Under the pieces are notes generated by a model that saw only the letters and a list, made by a program, of their open reading frames with translations, had not been told where the DNA came from and made no database searches. Of a stretch of DNA of 64,000 nucleotides, positions 1 to 12,000 are shown one piece after another; the first letter of the stretch is position 1, and every line of letters starts with the position of its first letter. The stretch spans positions 118,539 through 182,538 of the forward strand of contig CAZNEE010000003.1 of NCBI GenBank assembly GCA_964572255.1. Direction: 5' to 3'. The DNA comes from an uncultured Planctomycetia bacterium (GTDB taxonomy: Bacteria > Omnitrophota > Gorgyraeia > Tantalellales > Tantalellaceae). Position numbers and translations under genes: made by a program.

Positions 1-3000
1 ATCAAATTCGCGGCTTTGAGTTCCCTGCCTAACAGGAATTTTTCCCCCATCAGCTTCGCCATTTTTACCAGAAAAATATGCATTCTCTCATCCATATCCT
101 CAACTTTTTCTTTGGCGTCCTCATCTACAAGGCCATTGGCCAGATCGTTGATTTCTCCGTTTTTATATGTCCCCGCCAAAACCGCGTTTATTATCTTCGT
201 ATTCCATTCTTTGGAGAGCCAATACTCGAACGCCTTCTTGCAATTCTCAGCTATCAGCAGGAACCACAGGCCTGAAAGAAAAACAAAAGTGCTTAATAAG
301 GCCGGAACCGCGGTCAATGCCCCCGGTATCATAAAAGAAGCCGCTAAGGAGATCACAAGACCCACAACGCCTATAATGAGCGATCTCTCCGACCACCTGT
401 AATAAGTCCCTATAGTTATGCCTTCCTCATATTGATCATATCTTTTTATTATCTCCTTTGCGTCGGCAGGAGAAAGACCGATCCCTGAATCCAAAAATCT
501 CAAAAACATCTTATTCTTGAATTTTGTCTGGTCATTACTGCTCGCAAATATTTTCTGTAACTTCCCGAGAATAAGAGGATTATTCCTTGAATCCTTGAGC
601 ATGTTCAGGAACACACTGAGAGCTTTCAAGGTTTCTTCGCCGGCCTGCTCATTCTTTTCAATATCCTGAATTATGAATTTTATGGCCTCCGGGATGGAAT
701 CCGGATTTTCCCTTCTCAGATCTTCTCTCACGCCCGGATCGAACCTGTTCACGGCGGTATTTGCGATCCTTATTATTGATACCAGCTGCTTCATTTTCTC
801 GGGATTAATTGACGACTGCATACGGATGAGCATCTCATCTTCCTCGACTTTTCTGCAAAATTCCCTGTAAGTGCCGTAATTGAAAAGCAGCATCCTGACA
901 TCTTTCTTTATCTCTTTCGGAAGACTGATATCAGTAGCTTCCAGCATTCTTACCGCAAAAGTGTTCACCCCGAATACTGACCAGACAACTTCTTGTTGTA
1001 ATTTATTAAGTTTCCTGCGGGGTGTTTTCAGTAATTTAGCGATCTCTTTACAAACGCGCTCAAATTGTTCGTCTATAGGAAGCCCCTCAGCGCCTATTTC
1101 TTTGATCAACGCTCTCATCGCTCCCTTTATATGCCATACTTCCCCTTTTTGGGCAGGATATTTTTTCTTAAGCGCGGCTCTGATCTCCAGAAAATCATTC
1201 CTGTGACTTCCCATTCTCGGGCCAAGGCCCAGATGATGCACAAAGATCGCAAGTTTTAAGGTAAGTATGTCCTCGTTCTGGAATTCTTTTTCTTCGGCCA
1301 TCCTTCTTGCCATTTTTTCGGCAAGTTCGGCTTCGAGCAGAACATGCGGATACAGGTCCACTAGCCCGTGACTGTTATATAGTTCCTCTATCTTGTTTAT
1401 TATCCCTTTTCTCACGCCCGAGGGGGCCGCGGGAGCGCTTTTTCTGAGAACACGAGTGTGATCTATGCGTATCTTATCGGTAATATCCTTGTATATCCCC
1501 CTGCTTTCTTCCGTCAGAAGCGTTTTCTGATCAAAAATATTCGCAAACCTTCTTATCCCCAATCTCCCGCCTTTTACCCCGAGGTCCCCGTTCCTAAAAA
1601 CATAAAGGTTGGTTTCTTCCCGCCCGGATATGGCAAATTCCATCTTTCTTAAATTTCCGTAATCCTCGCGCATCTCATGATTTAGATCTTCGTATTCCCA
1701 TTCTCTCAACGAATATCTTGTTTCCATGTCACGGCTTATTTCCCATTCGAACTTCTTTATGGAAGACATGTTCTTATTCAAAAACAACTGCGCCAGATCT
1801 CTTACTTCATCAAGGTTTACACGCGAAACACATGTATATATTTCAACATTTTTATCCTTGCAGTGTTTTTTGACCAGGTCCAGCGCCCGCTCCAGCTTCT
1901 CAGACTTTTTCTGTACCTTGAAAGACACCTTATTCACATATTTGGTCATTTTTGAACTGATTATGTTCCATTTATCCCCCACCTCATCAATATTTTCTAT
2001 AAATCCGGCGAACGAAACAACTACTGTCATTTTCTTACTTGCGTGTCCGAGAAGCTCCTTCAGGGCATCCATCTTTTTCTCATCATCGAGCAATCCTCTT
2101 GATATATCGAAAATGAAATTTACCCTGCTTACGCCTTTTTCGGCCAATAGATCAACCATTTTTATTTCGCTTGCCGGGTCTTCCCTTATACTTGAAAGAT
2201 CAAAATACACGCTGGGCGGCAGCAATCCGGTTCCTTCGGCTTCATAAAAATTTCTTTTTATTTCACCGCATATAGTCCCGAATTTTTCATGCTTCTCACG
2301 AAGAACGTTTATGTTGGAAAATATTCTTTGGATATCATCGAGTTTGAACTTTTTATAATCACCTTTTCTGTAGAACGGCCAGATCCCGCTCATGGCTACA
2401 GGGCCGACTTTTTCCACGCTTTTGGAATCGGTAAAATATTTCGCATGGCCATGCCTTTTCGGAAAAAAGTAAACCGTCGCTCTTTTTTCCTTATTAACCG
2501 TAACGATCTTATCGACAGTGTATCCGTTGTCTCTAAAGATCTCTTCAACGTCATAGCATCTGGTACTCAACAAATTAATATCACCGGTATTATCAACGCG
2601 CCCGTTGACAGCGAAAACGGCAATAGGATTCTCTGTGTCCGGATATCCTTTTACCGTAAATATTACATCATCTCCGTCACGCTCAGTACATAACGGTTCC
2701 AGTTCGTACTTTTTAATAGGAAGCGGATCGTCCAGTTTAAACAGGTGAAAATGCAGATTCTTGGTATTATCGGCAGCCAACTCGTTCGTCCAGGATAGTG
2801 TTTCCCCGGATAAATTCCTTAATATCTCAAACGCGTCACGGTAATGTTCCCTTTCAAATGAGTTCTGCGGGATATTCTCCTGTGTTTCAACCTCTACTTG
2901 CGAGAAAAAGATCCCGTCCTCTTCCAATTTGAAATGATAGCCTCCCCTGTCCCTCTGTTCGGGTGTTTCACTTGTGTTCCTTCTGCGCGCAGGAGTATAT

Positions 3001-6000
3001 TGCTTGGTCAGAAATGTATCGCTGATGTTTTCGCTTTCCCAACGATGTTCCCTGAGTTCCGCTTTTTTGCCCTTTTTGCGCACCTTTTTGCTTATTTTTC
3101 CCCTTAGATCCTGCAGGTCCTTTGCCAAACTTGCAAAATCCCCCTGTTTTATGACTTTCACCTCTGTTTTGAGTCGATTTCTTTTTATCAAACGGGCTAA
3201 AGTATAAAAACCCGGCATCAGGAAAAACATGCCCCAGAATTCTTTTTTAAATAATTCATGGAGTATGATCTTGCTTAGATCTTTTTCGCGGACGATATTC
3301 CTGATAGCGTCATGATACTCAATACTTCCGTCATGCTGTCTTTCAGCTATTGCAGTAATTAAAATCTCATCGCCGGAGAAAGCTTCATCTCCGGGCGTGG
3401 GTGGCACATACCCCCTCAAGGCCATTCTGGCCAATTTTCCCAGGCCTAAAAATCTGCCGGCCGAAACAGCAAAAAAAGCTCCCAAAACGGCGAATCCCGT
3501 CCAAATGCCATAATACAGAACATGTGCTTCCACCATCAATCCTATAAGTATACCGACCAGTGCGCCCGCAAAACTGACCGCGCTCAGCATGGCCATGATC
3601 TTACCCCACAATGAAGCGCTTTCAACGGTGAACGGATGGGCCGGCGGGATCTCCGGAGGATCTTTCTGCCTCTGCGTTTCCATGAATTTTATGTCTTCTG
3701 GAAGAAATTCACTGCAATGACGGGCATAAGCAGCTAAAGATAATAATTGTCCGTCCTTTTCCGATATCAATTTTGCTAAAGCCTCCAAGGCCCTTCTGTC
3801 TTCAATACCTTCTTCGTAATATTTTTTCTCAAGAAACTTGAATGAATCCTCAAAGGATTCAAAAGGTCTTCCTTCATGGAACAAATTCATCTTATCGACA
3901 TTGTTGCCGTTTTCAAAGACATCGGCCGTAAAAAGTATCGTTAACAATAAACCTAACTCTTCGGGAGTAATGGGCAACTTGCCCCTGGAATCATCTTTTG
4001 ACGCGAAAAACTCTGAAGGAAATTGATGGTACTTTATTAAAAGTTCGACTTCCAAAGGCATTTTAACGCCAAGAGACTTTATGTCTTCTGCTGAACGTGT
4101 CCCATGGTCATAAAAATCTCTTGCTACATTTTTCTCCTCACTGGTTAATGCGCCGCCTTTTTTATTCTCAACGAATCTGTAGAAATCACTTATTGAAAAA
4201 AATGCTCTTCTGCCTTCCTTTGAAAGTTTTTTGCCGATATACCTTTTAACGTCATTGACTACCGCTGGGTCGAGAACTTTTCCGTCATGAACTTCCCCGG
4301 CAGCCATTAATATTTCTATCAACCGATCAGACAATCCTATTCTTCTGGCGATCAGCTCCGCCATTCTTGAAGCACGGGCAACATGTTCCATATGAAAATC
4401 TGTCTCTTCCGTTTGGATCGACTCTAAGCATAACTCTAACCGTTGTTCACGGTTCATTTGCATGATATCGTACTTTCCTTTAGCAAAAACAAGAAGTGAT
4501 AGAAACCTGTCTCTTCCCTGAAAGGACCTGATTATGAACTGACCATCTATATTCATCATGGCATCTGCACCGTTATCAAAAATGATCGCATCGGTAATGC
4601 CCATCTTTTCCAATCTTTGCTGCGCTTCTTTGAATGTTATGCCGATCCGGTTCGACTTGCCTTCAACGATTATCGAAACAAGATTTCCATCTTTGTCTAT
4701 AGCGCAAATATTATGGGGGTTTATGCCTCTTTTCAGGCCTATGGTAAGTTCGTTATTATCTTTATCAAGAAAGTAAACGCCGTATTTTACTTCACTTGCC
4801 GCTTCTGCTTTAATATAATGTTTTTCCTCCCGTAAATTCTCATCCAGCTGCTTTATCTGATCATCTGTCAGAGGGGCCTCTCTTTCTTCAAGTTTTAAAG
4901 TAATGAGTTTTTCTTCTATCGCCGGCACAATAAGATCTTTTATTACTTTCCCTGTTTCATCATAGAAATGGCTTACTCCGAAACTGATCTTCCCGTCAGG
5001 TATAAACGGAAAATCAAGATAATGCCTTACGTCATAATCGTGTTCGTAATGCTCGGCTAAATCGTACGGCCGGCCATTCTTAAGGATCCCGATACCGGAA
5101 TTAGTTGATACAACTTCACCTGTTATATCTTTTCCGGTACTCTCTTCTATGATCCTTTCACCTCCAGTAAACCTGACTTCTTCTATGCTGATATGTCCGT
5201 CTTTCCATATTACCAGTGACGGATATACCCGGCTATTACCGCTATAGATCAGCTCTTTTTCAGCTTCAACAGCATGAAGTCTTCCGTCAACATAAGAAGC
5301 GAGATGCGCATTCGCAAGAATGTTACCGTTGCCGGTAAACCCGATTATCTCGAAATTAGGATAGTCTTTTCTGAATTCCTCAAGATGTCTCTCGATATCC
5401 CATACATCTTTCCTGGCATTTTCATAATCCGGAGCTATATCATCAACATCTTGTACCTCTCCGCCCTCTAACTGATATTTAAAATGCATCGTGGCTTTAT
5501 CTCTTAACATTCCCCAGCTTCTTGCCATATTTTTCTGAAAAACCGGATAAGCTCTGGCTTCTGAAGGATCATATTTAGCCACTGCCATACGTGTTTCAGG
5601 GCCGCGTTCACTGGTAAAATCAACAAGCGCAACCGGTAAATGTACTTTCTCGTAAGCTTCATCGGTTATCTCTAATATTTGACCGTACTCATGCAGAGTT
5701 GAGTCTGTTAAAGCACTAACGGCTTCATCCGTCATATATTCACTAATGTTGATGCCGGATCTTTCAAGATCATCTCTTATAAAGGAAAAAGAATCCTTAG
5801 GAGATTCTTTTTCCTTTTCTTCCTCAGCTTTCAGCCTCCTCACTTCAACTCTTCTTAAATAATCCGATCCCATCTCTATTGAATCAACAGCCGTAAAATA
5901 TATATACATTCTTTTTAATAATTTTCTTATTTCAAAATCTCTCTCGTGACCATAACCAAACACCGTCTCATCTATCACATCAAAAGCTTTCTTCTTGTCC

Positions 6001-9000
6001 CTAAAAACGCTTTGCTTAACAGGCTTTTTGTCTTTATCTTGAATGGTAAATTCATCCAAAAGGATCTTTATCTCGGCTGGGACAACTATATTATTACTTG
6101 CAAATATCTGGAGGGTGTTATCCGTCGGTTTTTCAAGCGCAGCCATCTCGGGGCTACCATAAGAGCTTCCGATCGCATGAGCGATAATAAATTTATGGAA
6201 GATATTTTGGAAGTGTTCAAGGTCATCCTGGTTTTCATCTTCCCTTCCAAGCGGCCATATAATATCGAACATCCTGATAAGTCTGGTTATATGGGTTCTG
6301 TTAAGTTCATGGGGAATGATCTCCAAAAGCTCACTGTCATTAATATCCATGATGTTCCGACGCGGTTGTGTCCCCGGTTTCCCTCTCCCCGGCTCACTCA
6401 TATCAACAAATGAAAGACCGCTAAGCAGGGATAACAATAAAAGCGTCCTGGAAGTGCCGCCCGGCAGCATGGCAGCTTTATCGATCGATTTTTCTTTGAC
6501 CTCGTAATATTCCGGATCCGTGAGCCATGACAGCATCCAATTTATCACTTCCGAATTATTTCTCGGATTAACGCCTTCAAATATGGCTATTCTGATAAGC
6601 AAGGATCTGTACTGCTGGGGATATGAGACTCCGATAAGTTCCATCTTGAATGCCTCAAGAAGTTTTCCGTCGGAAGAAGTGAAATTAGCGAGCATTTTAA
6701 AATTACTGTAATGAGGTGATCTGCGGTTGTACGACGCGGCGCAATGCTCGAAATATTCTTTTAAGCCGGAGAAGCCCTTTTGTTCCGCGATATATTTGCG
6801 GTACTCGTTCTGGATCGAATACGCCTCATATTCATTCTGCATCTTCCGCGCAATGAACTTTTTGAAGTCTTCACGAAGTTTTTTGCTTTCATCGGTTTTC
6901 TGTAAAAATTCCGACATCTTTATACCGGCGATTTTTTCGCCCATTTCGATCTCTGCCTGAGCACGTTTGTTCTGATGCGGAAGCATATGAACTATTTCAT
7001 GCACGATGGCCGACTCGATCTCAGGATCTGAATATTCGCCGACGAATGCGGCATTGATCCGAACTATATCACCCCTATTTTCGTCGGTCTGCAGTATATA
7101 GGGCTTAGAGGGGTCATTAACGACTTCCAAACGGGATTTTTTAAACTCATATAATAGTTTGAGAATTTCCTTTGTATGTTTGGAAAAAGTCCAGCCGTCT
7201 TTCTCGATATGATTTATGGCATTACCGGTAAGTTTTAATATCCTCCCTTCAATAGGTGACGGTCCGGCCGGTTCAGCTTCTTTAATTTGTTTTTCGGAAG
7301 TTTTCTTGATTTTTTGCGAAATATCTATTTTTTTATCTTCCGAGCTTTCTTTTGATATCTCGGCAGACGGTTTTACCGGTTCTTGTGATATCGGTCTTTT
7401 CGCAAAATAAAATACCAAAGTTGCGATGATGCTGATCAAAACGAACGCAACCGCCATGACAGCTATTGATATTTTTCCGCTTTCACCGGATCTTTTCTGC
7501 GAAACGTCATAATATTCAGGGTCTGATAACCACTCGAACAGCCAGTTTCCGAAAACTGCCGGATCACTCTTGCCTTCAAGAGCAGCCGCAAAATAAACCG
7601 GTTTTCGCGTCCCGGGTGCGATCGCTTGCTCGAATAGATCTATTTTATATCCCTCAGGTAAAGTCCCCCCCGGATATACTATTGAAAGAAGATTGGCATA
7701 ACCTTCCTTGAAGCCCGGATCATTTGTTTTCGATCCGAGATATTTTAAATACCCTTTTAGATCGGAATAACCTTTCGCCTTTGCCTGTTCGTATCTGTAC
7801 CTGTTCTGTATGCTGTAAGCTTCAAATTCATTATGAGTAGCTACTGCTGCCGCTATTTTTATGCTTGTTGAGATCCTTTTGGTGAATCCGTCAATATTTC
7901 CCGAAAGAACAGCCTTAAAATACCCCAGAAAATTCCGTATGACCCCTAATACCCCTTTATTCCTATGTTTATCAAATGCCTTCTGCCTCTTGACCTGCAC
8001 CTTAAGAAAGTGTACCATCTCATGTAAAAGTATCGCTTCAATATCCTCTTCGGGTATATCCCGCAAAAGAACCGGATTTACTCTTAATTCCCTGTTTTTT
8101 GCCACCGCTTCTGAATGAGCTTCAAAAAGCGCATTTTTTATAGTAGTTTTGCCCGGACTTAAGAACGGATCTTTGATGAAATCCTTAACCAGTTCAAGGA
8201 GTTCCTGGCGGTGTTCAAAATCAGGAAGCCAGCCATCATGTTCAATATGGCCGGCAATATTCCGGGCTGACTGGACAATAACCTCCTGCACATGTTCAGG
8301 AGGGGATCTCTTGGCGCGGTAGATCATATAGATCGCGCCTGTTATTAATATTATAATACCTATATAGAGGACTGCCGGATTGGTAAAGTAAGTTGAGATA
8401 TCACTTTTAACAAAAGGAAAGGCAAATACGCCTAATGCCCCGGCATCAGATGGCCCCGCTCTTTTATCAGGTCCTTCCCCTTCGGGCCCCTGCTCCTTTT
8501 CTTCATCTTCTTTTACCCCCGTCATCGGCGTCACTTTGGACATTTTTTTATTCAGGATGCTGTTGAAAAGTTCCTCCCCTAATATCCTGTTCATTCTTAT
8601 CAGCGCTTTTCCGGTAACTATCTTATTGAGCTCTTCATTTGACTCATCAGTGTTGGATAGTTTAAGGTCTTTAAGCATTTCAGCAACGGTTTCGGCGTCG
8701 GTAAATTCAACTTCAGTCTTGAGTTTGGGGACCAGTCCCTGTATAACGCCGGGTACGATCAAAACTCCGTGCTTTTTGTAAAGGTAAATACTGAATATTA
8801 TCGTCTTATCAAAGCGCGCGTGGTCGCCGCAAATGCTGACATCCAGATCCCTGGCTTTTGCCGCTTTGACTATTTTCTCCAGAATTTTCAGCATTTCATT
8901 GTCAAAATGGCTGTCCTTAAGATCGTGTCTCGGCAGCTTCTTCACATCGGAAGTGAGGTCATTAGAGCCTATACTTAAAAAACTCAGGCTTACGAATTTT

Positions 9001-12000
9001 TGATCCAGGATGGCATCCAGATCTTTGATCACTTCTTCCGTTTCGACCATTATCCCCACGGGCATCCCGTTGAGAACTTCTTTTTCGATCGCGGAATACT
9101 TCTTAACTATCTCCTCTTTTACTTCGTCGATCAGCTTGCCCAAAAATTTCATGTCATCAACGGTCTTGATCATGGGGATCATCATTTTTAAGTTTTTATA
9201 TCTTGACTGAGCATAAGCGACAAAAATGGCCATTATTTGTATTTTTAAAACTTCTCTCCCCTCCGGTTCTTTATAGTAACCAAACCCATAAACCCCGGGA
9301 ATGTCAGGTAATGCAATACATTTTTTATCATGCTCCTTATCAAAGGTCCTTATAGCAACCTCTTTATCTGCGACATTGGCAACGCTAAGATATACCTCCC
9401 TTTGTCTTTCAAATTCCAGAAATGCTTTTCTATTAAATGCATATTCCGTTCTGACAAGAGCCACCCCATTAGCTCCGAAATCATTATAAAGCTCTTCAAC
9501 AATATCAGCTGCACCCGGCCTCAAATAACCGTTATCATTTTTTCTTGCATGAGCGGGTAAAATAATGTTTCCGTAAATGGACACCTCAACGCCGTCTCGC
9601 GTCTTAGCCACTGTTCTCTTTTTGCGGAGTTCACGTTCCTTTTCGACATAATAATCCTTCATCGTCTGGCTGGTGATAACCTCGCTCACCATATCCCAAC
9701 CTTTTTTTGTCCTTGGATTCCCCGCCAAAAATTTAGCTTGTTCCGTCTTTGTCATGCTCACACTGCTGATAGCCGCAGGTTCCCCTGTTGCGCAAAAATC
9801 ATCAAAGATCACCTCGGGCAGATCCACAAGCAGCATCGCGCCCGCCGCCGTGGCTAAAATAGCGACATGCTCCCGCATTGACCCGTGGCAGCTGACAAAA
9901 TATTTTATCCCGTACCTCTGCGTCATCTTCCTGAGTATGATCTCATCCCGGACCATGTCCCTGGAAACAACAACGATCTCCCTGTCTTCCTCCCTGGCCT
10001 GTTCGACTATTTCCCTTAAACCTTCTATGGCTACATCTTCTATATCAAGCTCGACAGAGAGTTTATTCACGACCCTTTCCGCTAAAGCCGCTTCATCCCT
10101 TCTTCTCTGGCCCTCAGCTATGGGATACTTCTCGCTGAGCCATTCCCAGATAGCGAAACGCGCGGTATAATTATGTTCTTCCATTTTTTTCTTGGCGGAT
10201 TCTATCGCTTCCGCCGCCAGTTTGACCTCATTTATATGCCCGAAGACATCATTTTCCCGCGCTACGGAAAAACAATTCACGAGTTTCTGCTGTTCCGTGC
10301 TTATATCCTCATCGGACACTCTATACCCCTCAGCCAAAGTTATTAATATCCTTGCGAAGATATTCCTTATACTAGTGCCCTTGTCATGTCCGATGGATAA
10401 GCCCTTAAACACATCATAAGTCCGCTTCATCTGGTAAGTAACGCCGGGGTTGCCTTTTTCAAGTTCAAAATTCAACCCTGAGATCAGGCTAAGCAGGTTT
10501 TTATCCTGATCCGTATTAACGAGGCCGACTGCCTTCCTTATCTTCTCCTGGAACTGATATTTTAAGGGTTTAAGTATACTATCTAAATGTATGCGTTCCC
10601 GGTCAATATTCTCTTCATTTATCTCGTACTCTTCGGGCATGATACTTTCATCGAAATGCAATTCTCCTTCCCGGACCGTTTCATAATTAAAGATAACCGC
10701 GTTCCAAACACCGCCCGGTATGCCGTTTGAATTGCATCTTTCAAACGGTTCAAGATGATAGACCGAAGTCAGGGACAGGGCCTCTTTGTATGATCTTTTT
10801 GTCCTTTCCAGGTCAACGATCTCGAAAGATTGCAGTAATCTTTTACGCTTATTTTCCGACAGCACCTCTCTCGTCTCCGCGTTCTGCTGCAGGTGATAAA
10901 CGGAGATCGCCACATCATCGTATACCATGCCTCTTAAGTGTTCATAGTAGATGTTAAGTTTTTTAAGCTTTTCGAGTATGTAATTTTCACAGCCTGTCCT
11001 GTTCTGCGTCGTTACGATTATCCGCGTGTAAGATTCGCCGTTTATCTCCACATCGTTGACAACAGTGAAATAAGGTTCCTTTTTCTTGGCTTCTTCTTTA
11101 CTCGTCTTTGCATCTTCAAGCGTGATCTGTATCAGTGACCATATCGTAAAAAATTCATCATACAATCTCTCTTTATGCCTTATGGTCTCCCCGTCATCAA
11201 AAAGCGATTTCTCTATACACGCATCGATAAATTCAGGCGAAACAGGCGTTACGTCCTTGTAAGTCTCCCCGTACTCTTTGGCTATATCGTGTATGTACGT
11301 TCCAAGAAGTGCATATTCGCCTCTCGCTCTTAGTTTGATAAGTTTTTTTACATCTTCCGCGCTGGTCGGCTCTTCCAGAATGACTTCTTCTTCGGCTACG
11401 TCCCCTTGATCTTCTTCCGCAAACTGTTCGCTCTCTTTTTCTTCCGGGATGGCCGGTTCTTCAAAAACGGACGGTTTTTCCTCATCCGGCGCGGCAGCAT
11501 CAACTTTTTCCTTTTGCGTGAATTTTTCTTTAACTTCCCCGATCACATCCGAAGCCGCATCCGCTACTTTCTTGAGAAAACCTTCATGCGCGCTGTTCTT
11601 CTCGATAAGTTTCACTTCACCTTCACTGACAACATAGATATTCCCGTCAAAATCAACCCTGCAGGTCTTGCCGCTTTCATCCGCCTCAGCCTTCGACCGC
11701 CCGAGATACAGCCTGAAGATCTCCGGATCGATGCGGTCATATTCAACTGCCGTGAGCCTTTCTTTGGGGATGCTGTTGTACGCCGCTTCATAATTATCAG
11801 CCCAGTAATCAACTACGGAATTAAGGTCTTTACCTTCAAGAGCGCATTTTCCCAAAGCATAGACTATGAGTTCTTCCAGCGCCGTAAAATCTCCCGTATC
11901 AAGATAAGCCTCGAGAGCAAGATCGTACTCCCCGGCTTTTACGAGTTCCCTGTAGGGGCCCGTCTTTTTCGTAAGAATGGCAACATACGGACGTATGTTA

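Noticed and set aside
8600-10720. Stand-alone ptsI gene
   Set aside because: It is an internal in-frame module of gene C with no stop codon or RBS of its own.
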